From Pristiophorus japonicus (taxonomy: Eukaryota): a DNA stretch of 64,000 nucleotides. Where the stretch lies: positions 145,080,001-145,144,000 of the forward strand of contig NC_091985.1 in assembly GCF_044704955.1 (NCBI RefSeq). Reading direction: 5' to 3'. Shown piece after piece: positions 39,178 through 52,850 of the stretch; within the stretch, counting starts at the first letter, position 1, and each line of letters begins with the position of its first letter. Below the pieces are notes generated by a model. It was given only the letters and a program-made list of their open reading frames with translations, was not told where the DNA came from and searched no databases. Made by a program: the position numbers and the translations under genes.

Positions 39178-40377
39178 CTTGTAGCACTGGTTGACCAGGC
39201 ACTGGGTGTGGCTGGGCACCAGGCGGTACAAGGTATAGCTCTTGGTGCCCTTGAACTTGGTCTGCTTGGTGGGCTCGTCGTAGAGCAGGTGAATGGGTAA
39301 GAGTCCTCCTGCAACTCGGGCCGTGCGGGCTGGTCACCGCACAGATCTTGTCGCCGTCCTTGACGAAGCCGGCCGCCTCACCCAGGATGAACGCCTCGCC
39401 GCCCAACTTGACGAAGGTGGAGAAGCGGTTGAGGTTCCTGCTAACTGTGGCCGTACACTTGGAGGAGGAGGCGGCGGCCGAGGAGGAGGAGGACACTAAC
39501 CCCCCCGATATTCCAGCCGCTGGCCCCCTGTTCACTTGATAACGGCCCGTCCCGTCGAAATCCGAGAAGCCGCCACCGCCTCCCCCGCTCCTGGACAGCG
39601 GCTCGTCCGCCACCGTCGAGTAATCGTCCCAGATGTCGTCCCACTTGTCGTCATTGCCGCTGCCCGACGCCTTGTGCTGAGGCCCCGCCAGGACCAGCCA
39701 CCCGAGGCCGCTGTCGCCGTTTGGGCGAGAGGCGGGGGGGCAGAAGGTGCTGGCGATGGAACAGGCCGGCAGGGGGAAGCTGCTGGGGGTGCTGAGCCTG
39801 AGGCATCGCCGAGCTGTCGTAGCCGCCGGTCGGCACGTTGGCATAGTGGGAGGCGGGGGGCAGAAGGTGCTGGCGATGGAGCAGGCCGGCAGGGGGAAAC
39901 TGCTGGGGGTGCTGAGCCTGAGGCATCACCGAGCGCAGCATCGCCCCCGCTCCCGGACCACAGGATCTGCACGTACAAGGCCGGGAAGAGGCCCCTCTGG
40001 CCGCGGTTGTTGGCCCCCTCCAGCCAGCCCTTGATGTCGTGCTCGCTGTACATGGTCAGCACCTTGTCCTCCCGCACCGAGATCTCACCCACATTCTCGT
40101 TCTGGAAATCATCCCACCATCCGCACCCAGCTCAGCTCCGCTCCCGGACCCCGCGGTAACCCCCCACCCCGTAAACCCTCCCTCACACCGGTCCCAGCTC
40201 CCCCGAACACCGGCTCCCCCAGACCTCGTACTCCCTCTTCGGCCCCCTGGACCCCCTCACTCGAGGGGCGGCTGCACGAGGTCTTCCCTGGCCAGCTGCA
40301 CTTTTCCCTGTCGTTCTGTGATTTTTTTTTTTAATCTATGTTTGCATTGGGGCCCACATCCTCTAGTTTTGCCACTA

Positions 40378-40630
40378 ACTAGAGGCCATCAATATAAGAT
40401 AATCATCAAGAAATCCAATGGGGAATTCAGAAGAAACTTCTTTGCCCAAAGAGTGGTGAGCGTGTGGAACTCGCTACCACAGGGAGCAGTTGAGGTGAAT
40501 AAGCATACCAGGGAGAAGGGCATGGAGGGCTATGCTGATATATTTAGATGAGGAGGATGAGAGGAGGCTCGAGTGGAGCATAAGCGGTGGCACAGACTGG
40601 TTGGGCCAAATGGCCCATTTCTGTGCTGTA
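40378..40630 (+). mobile_element. CR1 fragment, right half
   Basis: Resumes TRGHQYKI...FRRNFFAQRVVSVWNSLPQ exactly where 37224 stopped. Confidence 0.9.
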
Positions 40631-40654
40631 TATATGTATGTATGTATATGTGTA

Positions 40655-41367
40655 CATTTTAATGGGGGTGCAGGAACAGTGAGACCTAGTGGTGTATGTG
40701 CACAAATGTTTGAAGGTGGCAGGACACGTTGCAAAGGCTATTAAAAAAGCATATGGGATCCTCGGCTTTATTAATAGAGCCATATGTACAACATTAAGGC
40801 CGTAATACTAAACCTTCATAAAACACTGGTTAGGCCTTAGCTGGAGTATTGTATTAAATTCTGGGCACCACTCTATAGGTAGGATGTCGAGGCCTTAGAG
40901 AGGGTGCAGAAGAGATTTACCAGAATGATCCCGGGGATAAAAGCCTTCAGTTATCTGGAGAGACTGGACAAGCTGGGGTTGTTCTCCTCAGAGCAGAAAA
41001 GGTTAAAAGGAAATTTGATAGAGGCATTCAAAATCATGAATGGTTTTGATAAGGAAAATAAGGAGACAGTGTTTCCAGTGGCAGAAGGGTCGGTAAGCAG
41101 AGTACACAGATTTAAGGTGATTGGCAAAAGAATCAGAAACGAACATTCTTTTACACAGCAAGTTGTTATGATCTAGAATGCACTGCCTGAAAGGGTCGAG
41201 GAAGCAGATTCAATAGTAACATTCAAAAGAGAATTGGATAATTACTTAAAGGTAAAAAAATTTGCAGGGCTATGGGGAAAGAGCAGGGGAGTGGTATTAA
41301 CTGGATAGCTCCACCAAAGAGCCAGCACAGGCACGACGGGCCGAATAGCCCCTTTCTGTGCTGTACC
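40655..41367 (+). mobile_element. CR1 3' fragment, tail interrupted by the Gypsy LTR
   Basis: VQKRFTRMIPG...LGLFS; 3' UTR ...ggccgaatagcccctttctgtgctgtacc. Confidence 0.9.
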
Positions 41368-44300
41368 TGTAATATAGAGCTCCACTACTCAACCTAGTGG
41401 ACTACTGTGGTAATGCAACTACTGCTGTGAATACAATAGAAGTCACATGATAACTGTTGGAGCCATCTTGTAGTCTGTGTGTTGGTGATGTCGTAAGGAA
41501 TATATCAGATTGGCGATGAAGATAGGATAATCGGATTCCCTAGCTTAAATTTGTGTTGGCGGATGATTCCTGCCAATCAACAGAGAGACTTTGAGAGGTT
41601 GTTTGTTTTGCAGCACAGCTAAAAATCCAAGGTAAATTACAAGCACACTGTTGCCATTGCCAGAGTCCAGATGGTCACTCCTATGGAAATAAAAGGGTGC
41701 TTGGGTGAGTCCCATCGTGACTGAGAGGCTTTTGGAGCACATGCGGAGGACATGTTTTGCACCACAAATAGTATTGTCAAAATGCCCGATGATGAAAACT
41801 ATAACCGAGTGGTGTTAGGAAGAAAACGGGCAATTTTCTTGACTGAAGTAGGCCCCAATGTGTATGAAACCTTGAAAAATGTGCTTGTTCTCATCAAGTT
41901 GAAGGGCACGCCACTGATGGTGATCAGCACTGCAGTCTTGACCCCCGGAAATTGCTGAAAGTTATCGTTTTGGAACACAAAATCAATTAATTGATGAGAG
42001 TATTAGTGAGTACATTGCAACTTTAAAAAAGCTATCCAATCACTGTCATTTCGGAAACTTTCAGGACCGAGCATTGCGTCACCGCTTTGTTTGTGGGATG
42101 AAAAATGAGGCAATAAGGAAGTTATTGATAACCACTAACTTGACTTTTGATTTAGCTTGTCAGACAACTATGTCGATGGATATGGCCAAACAATACTCCC
42201 AAGAATTTTGTGCCATATCCAGTCGTCAGACAACCGAGGTGAACCACCTACAGGTTAAAAGTAAAAAGCATTTGGGCCCCAAGGCCTCAGCCACTGGCCA
42301 AGGTAACAGCGCTTTGAAGTCGTGCTATCGGTGCCTGGGACCACATATTGCTCAAAGCTGTCCATATTTGAAAGCAGAGTGTTTCTTCTGCAAGAAAACT
42401 GGGCATCTTGCAAAGGCATGCTGACTGAGGAGTATACCAATGTTCAATGCTAGAAGTGGAAATCACCAGACATTACATAGCATTGAAGTGAAGCAACAGG
42501 ATGAGGATGTTCTGGAGGTATACATCATCAGGCGCATGAGAGTATCTAACAATGATTCGCGATGTATCGTCATCCAAGTAGATGTTGCAGGAACCAGGAT
42601 ACCCATGGAAATCAACACTGGTGCATCCATGAGCATAGTACCGGAATTGCTATATCCCTGTGGTAGGACGTATCACCATTCCAGTGAAATACAAGGATCA
42701 GTTTCGGATTTTGTCTCTCTTAGTAGTGTCAGGAGACAAGCCTGCCTTAATAGGTAGAAATTGGTTGGAATCACTAAAGATGGATTGGAATGAGATTTTT
42801 TGTGTTGAAATGAGATTTGCATTGAAGGATGATGTCATCAAACAGTATCCAAAGGTGTTCTGTGAAATAGGCAGTCCTATCCAAGGCTTCAAGGCGAGTG
42901 TCAGAGTACAGAAGGACACTAGACCAGTTTACTGCAAGCCACGTCCCGCACTCAAGGAGAAAGTTGAGCAAGAACTCAAAAGACTAGAGACTGAGAACAG
43001 ATCTAAGTAATTGGGCTATACCCATTGTTGTTGTACCTAAGTCAGATAGTAAAACTGATGCTATGTCTAGGTTGCCATCCCCATCACAAGTTACACCCAA
43101 TAGGGAAGAAGTGTTCTATTTTTCATACATTGATGAGCTGCTGGTCATAGCTGAAGAGATTGGTAGAGCAACGAAATGTGACCCAGTTATATCAAAGGTG
43201 TATGATTACATTGCAAATGGCTGGCCAAACCAGGTATCAGAGGAAGATATTCATCCATACTTCGTTCGTAGGAATGAATTATCAGTGGATAAAGATTGTA
43301 TCATATGGGGTGCAAGACTTATTCCAAATAAGTTCAGGTCCAAATTGTTAGAAGATCTTCATGACGAGCACCTGGGAATGTGCTTGACCAAGAGTTTTGC
43401 ATGCAGTTATTTATGGTGGCCTGGCTTAGATAGATATAGGGCCAGAATTTTGGCTTAATTGTCGGCGATTTTCTCGGCATTACAGCTGGTTTTCCAGCAA
43501 CGCCGAGAACAACCGCCAGGGCGTAAGTTTGGCCTCAACCGCCAACGTCCAAATCGCCGAGTGACCCGCCCTGTAAAAGTTGCTTATACAGGGCGGTAAG
43601 GAGGGGAACCCTGCAAAGAAAGGTAAGTTAAAGATTCTTTAATTTTTTTTAAATTTTAACACAGTGATTAGGGTAAAAACTGTCTTGGGAATGCTTTGTA
43701 TGTGTTGTTTTTAATGAAATTTTTGTTTTTAAGTTGTACCCCCCTCCCTAGGCCCAACCGCAGCCTCGGACTAAATTTTACTACTTACAGTCCATTCCGG
43801 TAACAACCAACCATTTGTCTAACTTTGCACTTAAACGCCAAGAAAACCGTGCGCAATGCCCATTTTCTCGTCGGGCGATTAGTTTTACTTACCTTTAAAA
43901 AGGAAATTCTCAACAGCTTTTTTCGTCGAACGTTGGCGGTGCTTCTCAGCGGGCAATCAGCCGTTGAAGGCCTTTAGGGAAAGTCTGGCCTATTGAGTAC
44001 GTTGTTAGTCAGTGTACAACATGTCAATCAGTAAGCAAGAAACCACCATCAGTACCAGTACAGTGATGGAAATGGCCTCCCAGGGTGTGGCAAAGGTTAC
44101 ATGTAGATTTGACTGAGCTAGAAGGACAACAATTATTCATTGTGGTTGATCGTCATTCGAAATGGGTACAGGTGTTTCCAATGCAGAAAATAACAAGTAA
44201 AACAATAGATAATTTTCGAAGATTGTTTTCCTCATATGGCCTCCCAGAAGAAATTATGTCCGATAATGGTCCGCAATTTTGTTCAGAAGAATTTGCACAG

Positions 44301-44636
44301 TTCATGAGCAGAAACGGTGTGAAACATACCAAAGTTCCACCATATCACCCTGCTTCAAATGGTGCAGTAGAGCGCACAGTACAAATTGTAAAAGATGCTC
44401 TCATCAAGCAAATGTTGAAATCAAATCCAAAGAAACGGCAGTTGTCGTTGGATCACAAATTATCAAATATTCTGATTACTTATCATAATACTCCTCATAC
44501 AACTACTGGTAGAACACCAGCAGAGTTGTCTCTCAAATGACAGCCAAACTTGTCACAATCAGTAGAAGAGAAACAATTAAGACAGAAAGAGAATCATGAT
44601 GGAGGTAGAGTAAGAGAGAGAAGTGTGAAATTCAAT
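41368..44636 (+). mobile_element. Decayed Gypsy element: 5' LTR 41368-41509, gag, protease, integrase; RT and RNase H deleted
   Basis: PBS-like TGGCGATGAAG; two CCHC-type knuckles CYRCLGPH and CFFCKKTGHLAKAC; MEINTGAS; PIVVVPK joined directly to DAMSRLP; integrase WQRLHVD, SDNGPQF, YHPASNGAVER. Confidence 0.93.
43439..43990. mobile_element. Harbinger-type MITE inserted in the Gypsy integrase zinc finger
   Basis: Ends ggccagaattt / aaagtctggcc; interrupts YLWWPGLDR | EYVVSQCTTCQ. Confidence 0.75.
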
Positions 44637-46438
44637 CAGAATCAGGTGAATTTCTAATGGGGAACAAAGAAATGGCGGACCAGTTAAACAAATACTTTGG
44701 TTCTGTTTTCACGAAGGAAGACACAAATAACCTTCCGGAAATACTAGGGGACCAAGGGTCTAGTGAGAAGGAGGAACTGAAGCATATCCTTATAAAGCTG
44801 GAAATTCTGTTAGGGAAATTGATGGGATTGAAGGCCGATAAATCCCCGGGGCCTGATAGTCTGCATCCCAGAGTACTTAAGGAAGTGGCCTGAGAAATAG
44901 TGGATGTATTGGTGATCATTTTCCAACAGTCTATCGACTTGGATCAGTTCCTATGGACTAGAGGGTAACTAATGTAACACCATTGTTTAAAAAAGGAGGG
45001 AGAGAGAAAACGGGTAATTATAGACCAGTTAGCCTGACATCAGTAGTGGGGAAAATGTTGGAATCAATTATTAAAGATGAAATAGCAGCGCATTTGGAAA
45101 GCAATGACAGGATTGGTCCAAGTCAGCATGGATTTATGAAAGGGAAATCATGCTTGACAAATCTTCTGGAATTTTTTGAGGATGTAACTAGTAGAGTGGA
45201 CAAGGGAGAACCAGTGGATGTGGTGTATTTGGATTTTCAAAGGGCTTTTGACAAGGTCCCACACAAGAGATTGGTGTGCAAAATCAAAGTGCATGGTATT
45301 GGGGGTAATGTACTGACGTGGATAGAGAACTGGTTGGCAGACAGAAAGCAAAGAATCGGGATAAACGGGCCCTTTTCAAAATGGCAGGCAGTGACTAGTG
45401 GGGTGCCTCAGGGCTCAGTGCTGAGACCCCAGCTCTTTACAATACACAGTAATGATTTAGATGAAGGAATTGAGTGTAATATCTCCAAGTTTGCAGATGA
45501 CACTAAACTGGGTGGCAGTGTGAGCTGTGAGGAGGACGCTAAAAGGCTGCAGGGTGACTTGGACAGGTTAGGTGAGTGGGCAAATGCATGGCAGATGCAG
45601 TACAATGTGGATAAATGTGAGGTTATCCACTTTGGGGGCAAAAACACGAAGGCAGAATATTATCTGAATGGTGGCAGATTAGGAAAGGGGGAGGTGCAAC
45701 GAGACCTGGGGGTCATGGTTCATCAGTCATTGAAAGTTGGCATGCAGGTACAGCAGGCGGTGAAGAAGACAAATGGTATGTTGGCCTTCATAGCTAGAGG
45801 ATTTGAGTAGAGGAGCAGGGAGGTCTTACTGCAGTTGTACAGGGCCTTGGTGAGGCCTCACCTGGAATATTGTGTTCAGTTTTGGTCTCCTGAGGAAGGA
45901 CATTCTGAGGAAGGACATTCTTGCTATTGAGGGAGTGCAGCGAAGGTTCACCAGACTGATTCCTGGGATGGCGGGACTGACATATGAGGAGAGACTGGAT
46001 CAACTGGGCCTTTATACACTGGAGTTTAGAAGGATGAGAGGGGATCTCATAGAAACTTACAAGATTCTGACGGGACTGGACAGGTTAGATGCGGGAAGAA
46101 TGTTCCCGATGATGGGCAAGTCCAGAACCAGGGGACACAGTCTTAGGATAAGGGGCAGGCCATTTAGGACTGAGATGAGGAGAAACTTTTTCACTCAGAG
46201 AGTTGTTAATCTGTGAAATTCCCTACCGCAGAGAGTTGTTGATGCCAGTTCATTGGATATATTCAAGAGGGAGTTACATATGGCCCTTACGGCTAAAGGG
46301 ATCAAGGGGTATGGAGAGAAAGCAGGAAAGGGGTACTGAGGGAATGATCAGCCATGATCTTATTGAATGGTGGTGCAGGCTCGAAGGGCCGAATGGCCTA
46401 CTCCTGCACCTATTTTCTATGTTTCTATGTTTCTATGC
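44637..46438 (+). mobile_element. 5'-truncated CR1 (RT region), few disablements
   Basis: ORFs 44657-46216 are CR1 RT; TTTCTATG tail. Confidence 0.96.
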
Positions 46439-46932
46439 AGCATGTGATGCGTCATTATACGGTGTCGGGTGTGTATTGCAACAAGCTAATGAATCTGTGA
46501 AATTGCAACCGGTTGCTTATGCATCCACAAATCTGTCTAAGGCTGAGAGAGCCTACAGCATGATTGAAAAAGAAGCGTTAGCATGTGTTTATGGGGTAAA
46601 GAAAATATATCAGTATCTGTTTGGGCTCAAATTTGATTTGGAAACTGACCATAAGCCACTGACATCTCTCTTTTTGGAAAGCAAGGGGATAAATATGAAT
46701 GCAACAGCCCGCATCCAGAGATAGGCGCTCACGTTGTCCATATACAACTACGCCATCCACCACAGACCAGACACAGAAAATTGTGCCGATGCTCTCACTA
46801 GGCTGCTATTGCCCAACACGGGGGGTATAAATGGCACAGCCTGCAAATTTAGTCATGGTAATGGAAGCATTCGAGAGTGAGCAATCACCTGTTACCGCCC
46901 GACAGATTAGAACCTGGACGAGCCAGGACCCA
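46439..46932 (+). mobile_element. Gypsy RNase H fragment from a different family
   Basis: ACDASLYGVGCVLQQ...VAYAS...YSMIEKEALACVYGVKK...TDHKPL. Confidence 0.9.
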
Positions 46933-47091
46933 GGTAACGTGCTGCACGGGCTTAATAGGCCCCATTAAGGTAAGTTTATTTTCAACGGTCAGATGGAGCC
47001 AGCAGCGGGGTCATGACCTGCTACGGACATCGCCCACACCGGACCCATCCAGGTAGGCAAAATTCTGCCATAGAGAATCGTAGAATGGGAC

Positions 47092-47256
47092 TATGATATA
47101 TTCTTTATGACATCACAAACACACAGACTACAAAGTGGCTCCAACAGTTATCATGTGACTTTTATTGTATTTACAGCAGTAGTTGCATTGCCACAGTAGT
47201 CCACTAGGTGGAGCAGTAGTCCACTTGGTGGAGCCACATTACACTTCTTCCTCCTT
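47092..47256 (-). mobile_element. Inverted 3' LTR (47092-47243) plus polypurine tract of the 41368 Gypsy family
   Basis: Reverse complement matches 41368-41509; preceded on the minus strand by AAGGAGGAAGAAG. Confidence 0.9.
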
Positions 47257-47329
47257 AATGAAGAAGTAATCATAACAAAATAATCATCATTAGATCAGGA
47301 AACATTAGTACAAAGCCACATTCAATTGC

Positions 47330-48543
47330 ATCCTGCTGTACCACTCGTCATATCCCCATCACTCTGCCTTCCCAACCCTACTCCTGCACATCCTTACTCA
47401 CACCAACATACTTGCACTTTCACCCATCCCTCCCTCTCTATCTACATTATTACTTCTCCATCTCACTAGCCACCCCTCACACTCATCCTCATCCTATTCC
47501 AATCATACCAATTAATAACACGCAAGGGCAGGCACTTGGGTGTTTTATGCAATGTTTGTGTAAAGTTTCTGTTAATGTGATGTCAAACATAAAAATCTTT
47601 ATTTTCAACCCTTTCCTATCTTGGACAGATTTGTGTGCAACTTTGGGAGTGGCTTAGTGAGTTGCAGTGAATGGCGAGACATAACGGCACCTCCCGCAAT
47701 GGTGATGAGTGTGAAAGGAATGGCTTGGGCATTGTAGGGATGCTTTATGGTGCTGGTGTGGGGTAGTGCCAACCTGCCACATGATGTGGCAACTAGGGTG
47801 TACAATGTCAAGTGAAGTATATCTGGCCATGATGAGGCCATCCCTGGCCTCCCGGGCAGCAATGTACTCGGGTGCTGATGCTCTCCGTCTTGTGCAGCAT
47901 CAGGTGATTGCGGAGAAGGTTGGTGTTGTTGTTGGTGCTGATGGTGTGCCTGGTGCTGTTGGTGTTGGGACTCATCATGGTCCAATTCTGAGGTCCAAGA
48001 TGAGATAGTATAAACGGCACTCATGTTGATGGAATAGATGGCAGGTGAAGTATAGATGACAGAAGCAATCTGTCACTGGTGAGAGAGTTCTTCCAATGAG
48101 GTGACACTGGATGGAGACTTTGCAGAATCTGTGCTGCAAATGGACTGAGCAACAGCTTCTGCATGAGGAAAGAGATCATCTGTCAGGTGGGAGCTTTCAC
48201 TGAACATTTGATGCTGTCAAGTAATCAGCTGGAGCAATGGCCACGGAACTCCCGCCTCAGGTTGACAGATATGGTTCCCGAGCTGCGTTAATCCCGTGGC
48301 CATGCAAGGAAATTTAAAAGGTCAGTGGAAAAAGGATATTAGGTGCCTGTAAACTACCTGATAATCATCTCAATGGGATCCCCGTCGCTGTCAGTCAGGT
48401 CGGCTTCACGACGACAGATGCACTTGGGGAAAGGTATGTGAGAGTGAGATGACAGCGTGTTCCCGACCCACTGCCAAAAATAACAACTTTCCCACCTGAC
48501 CCGCCACCAATCATGCCTGTTACCACTCCGGAAAATTCCAGCC
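47330..48543. mobile_element. Harbinger-like element remnant; its other end is inverted at ~46933-47069
   Basis: End ggaaaattccagcc|TAT; partner gcaaaattctgcc|ATA. Confidence 0.55.
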
Positions 48544-49441
48544 TATGATTCTGTGCTTGCTGATCAGTTTACGTTAGCACCTCTCTTAGCCAGTAAAATG
48601 TCTCTGCTTTGGGAGCAGAAGGAGGAGCTTGTAGAGTCTGAAGATCAAAACGATGATGGGAATCCCTGAGGGATTTTTAAATCAGGTTTGACACCACATT
48701 AACCCCCAGCTAACAACTCCTCCAAAGTGAGACTAGAGTTATACTATAATCTTAGAGTCTCTGTGATGCAGGAATCTCTTTGCACTGATGCTAAAGTCAT
48801 AATATAAAAATGCACCCTTATAGTGTCAACCAAATGTCTTCAATCTACCACAGCCTTGGAGCATCTTTTCCATCATGATTTATTACAATAACATTTCAAA
48901 ATAAAATAACTGCAAATTCTCTTTAGACATCATGTTGATTTACTGTCTTCTTGTCTCCCTAGGATTATGTTAGTATTGGCTTTACTATATTGTTGTACCC
49001 TCCTTTGTGGAAAAAAAAATCAGTCAATATATTGCCAACACTTGTTTAGTTAATCGACCGTTATCTATCTGCCCCGATATTTATTTTGTCACCGTTCAGA
49101 TTAAAGTCAATAAATTACACGGGGAAAATAGAATTATTGCAGAGGTTGTGTCAGAAGTCTTTTCAAATTACATCATTTATAAGCTTCGAATGGTTGTAGT
49201 TATGCAGTCAAAAAATGAAAAATGATTAATTTGTAGTAAATGCCATCAGCATTTGATTCTGGTTGAAGATTATTAATTCACCCAAAGCTATAAATCCTTT
49301 AGTCTCTACTAAGTAGTTTCAAAAGCTTTTCTGTGCATTCTGCGTGAATCAAACATAAATGGTTTCCAATTCTAAAGGAATTTTTTGCTTGTTCACACTT
49401 TAATCTGGCAAATCAGGCAGATTATAGGATTATGGAAACAT

Positions 49442-50104
49442 GGGGGGATTTTAACTGGCTGCGGATTTCAGATGGGGAGTGGTGGTGGAGAGTGCGTCAA
49501 ACCAGACCAACATCATCAATTTGAGGCCTGTGCTATTTTAACTCGCAGGCCCCATTTACATCCGGCCAGACAGCTGCCTGCTTAAAACAGGCAATAAAGA
49601 GGCAGCAGGCTAAAACAGTGGAGCCTGGAGGCCGCTCACTTGCAGCAAGGTAATGATGGTGGGTGGAATCAGGGCCACTTTGCAAGTTCAAAGTGGGTAG
49701 CCTGGGGCTGCAGAGGCCCCGACTTTGCTAGTTGGGCCCAAAGTGTTAACCTCTTGACTCAGCTAAGAAAAGACTTACCTTGGAGCCCTCCTCTTTTTCC
49801 CCATCAGGCTTTACTGAGAAGGGAGGCCGCGACAGGACCCCATTCTGTAGACCATTAAAATGCCATTGGGGTTGTAATGGCTTCATAGGGCCTCAATTTG
49901 GATGTATCAATTAAGCAGGCAGGCACCTCAGACACCTAAATAAAAGGGCCCAGTTAGGGTGGCGTCGGACAGGAATTGAGGTTGACAAGTTTTCGGGGGT
50001 GATTTTAACGGTGCAGTCACACCGTTATCTCCAGGTGGGATGAGGTAAAGTTGTTCCCCATACTCCATTTTAACTCCCGGGCCAGGGAGGGTTAAAATTC
50101 CCAC
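49442..50104. mobile_element. Harbinger-type MITE(s)
   Basis: Ends gggggattttaac / gttaaaattccc. Confidence 0.5.
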
Positions 50105-51358
50105 CATTGCATCTAACCATGCACCTCAGTACCAGCATCTTCAAGCTCTGGCCATTCCTGAAGCTGCCGAAGGTGAATGATGTGTGCATCACTGTCGCTA
50201 TTTACTGTCGTATATGTAAATATAAGTTCATGGGCTAATAGAGGGGATAAGGATACTGATCACATTTTGAGGCCGTTACCACCCTGTTAACGCCAGGCTA
50301 AACAAGTGAAAATCACCCTCAATTGTTACAGCAGAGTAGCAGAAGCTGTACCCTTCACCGGCCCCATGATACCCAACCTGGAAGCGCTTAATGTTGACAT
50401 CAGGTGCCCTAAGTGGGGAGAGTGTTTCATTTTGAAGAACCTCACTTCAATGACCATAACTTCTACTCTCTCCATTTCAAAACAGGCACAAAATAAAAAT
50501 AGGAATAAAATAACACAAAGGAGAAGGAAAGAAGAAAAAACAGACATATTTTTTGAATATTAATTTTCTAAAATATACAATTGTGTATTGCTGGATATTA
50601 CCAAATATGATAAAATAGAAAGAGAGGACATCATGTGTCTTTATTGACACTGTGATCTTTTGGAAATGATGAGGCCTACTCACGATGAATCTTTGGCTCT
50701 TTTGTACGAATCTGACACCAATCCTAAAGTGGTTGAAATACTGCCACACTCACAATTACAGCAGTTGCAATTTAATTCTGTAAAGATGTATAACATTGGG
50801 CATTGGGTGAACAAAATACATGAAATAGGTTTGCAATGAATGTTCCTAGGCAGTACTTCGGAGTCAAGGATGACTGTTTCCACACTAATATGAGTTCTCA
50901 GGTGACTGATGAGTCCGATGCGGGACCTACAGTCTCTGTCACAGGTGGGGCAGACGGAGGTTGAAGGGACGGGTGGGTTGCCGTGCGCTCCTTCCGCTGT
51001 TTATACTTGGTTTCCGCGTGCTGCCGGCGAAGATACTCGAGGTGCTCGGCCCCTTCCCGGATGCTTCTCCTCCACTTTGGGCGGTCGTGGGCCAGGGATT
51101 CCCAGGTGTCGGTGGGGATGTTGCACTTTTTCAAGGAGGCTTTGAGGGTATCCTTGAAACGTTTCCTCTGCCCACCTGGGGCTCGCTTGCCGTGTCGGAG
51201 CTCCGAGTAGAGCGCTTGTTTTGGGAGTCTGGTATCAGGCATGGGATGATGTGGCCCGGCCAATGGAGCTGATTGAGTGTGGTCAATGCTTCGATGCTGG
51301 GGATGTTGGCCTGAGCGAGAACACCAACGTTGGGGTGCGCCTATCCTGCCAATGGATT

Positions 51359-51944
51359 TATAGAAACATAGAAACATAGAAAATAGGTGCAGGAGTAGGT
51401 TATCCGACCCTTCGAGCCTGCACCACCATTCAATAAGATCATGGTTGATCATTCCCTCAGTACCCCTTTCCTGCTTTCTCTCCATACACCTTGATCCCTT
51501 TAGCCGCAAGGGCCATATCTAACTCCCTCTTGAATATATCCAATGAACTGGCATCAAAACTCTATGCAGCAGGGAATTCCACAGGTTAACAACTCTCTGA
51601 GTGAAGAAGTTTCTCCTCATCTCAGTCCTAAATGTGCTGCCCCTTATCCTAAGACTGTGTCCCCTGGTTCTGGACTTCCCCAACATCGGGAACATTCTTC
51701 CCGCATCTAACCTGTCCAGTCCAGTCAGAATCTTATATGTTTCTATGAGATCCCCTCTCATCCTTCTAAACTCCAGTGTATAAAGGCCCAGTTGATCCAG
51801 TCTCTCCTCATATTTCAGTCCAGCCATCCCTGGAATCAGTCTGGTGAACTTTCGCTGCACTCCCTCAATAGCAAGAACGTCCTTCCTCAGATTAGGAGAC
51901 CAAAACTGAACACAATATTCCAGGTGGGGCCTCACCAAGGCCCT
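51359..51944 (-). mobile_element. 5'-truncated CR1 nested in RTE
   Basis: [16 protein letters not shown]; tail tagaaacatagaaacatagaa; RTE sequence continues across it. Confidence 0.93.
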
Positions 51945-52631
51945 TGTAGGATCTTGCAGAGGCAGCATTGGTGGTACTTCTCTAGTGCTTTGAGGTGACT
52001 GCTGGACTTAGTTCATGTTTCTGAAGCATATAGGAGGGCAGGTATCACTACTGCTCTATAGACCATGAGCTTGGTGCTGGGTTTGAGGTCATGATCTCCA
52101 AGCACTCTCTTCCTCAGGCGACCGAAGGCAGCACTGGCACACTGGAGGCGGTGTTGGACTTCGTCGTCACCCTCTGCCCTTGTTGACAGAAGGCTCCAAA
52201 GGTATGGAAAATGGTCCACGTTGTCCAAGGCCTCATCGTGGATATTGATAATCGGAGGTCAGTACCATGTGGAGTGGGCAGGTTGGTAGAGGACCTTTGT
52301 CTTAAGGATGTTTAGTGTAACTCTCTCGTACGCTTCAGTGAAGGTGTTGACGGTGGTTTGGAGTTCGGCCTCGGAGTGTGCGCAGCCGTAACATCGTCCA
52401 CATACTGTAGTTTGATAACGGAGGATGGGACGACCTTGGATCAGGACTAGAGGCGGCGGAGGTTGAACAGTTTCCTGTCGATTAGCTCCACTCCAGCGTG
52501 GAGCTTACTGAGGGGGAGATGGAGCTTTGCAGTCAGGAAGATCGAGAAGCGTATTGGTGCGAAGACACAGCCTTGCTTGACTCTGGTCCGTACGTGAATT
52601 GGTTCTGTGGTGGATCCATTGGCCATGATCA

Positions 52632-52850
52632 TCATCATCATCATCATAGGCAGTCCCTCGGAATCGAGGAAGACTTGCTTCCACTCTTAAAATGAGTCCT
52701 TAGTTGGCTGAACAGTCCAATACGAGAGCCACAGTCCCTGTCCTAGGTGGGACAGATAGTTGTTGAGGGAAGGGGTGGGTGGGACTGGTTTGCCGGACGC
52801 TCTTTCCTCTGCCTGCGCTTGATTTCTGCACGCTCTCAGTGATGAGACTC
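52632..52850 (-). mobile_element. Short RTE 3' end with (TGA)n tail nested in RTE
   Basis: Minus strand ggaagcaagtcttcctcgattccgagggactgcct(atg)n; flanked by a ~47-bp duplication. Confidence 0.85.
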
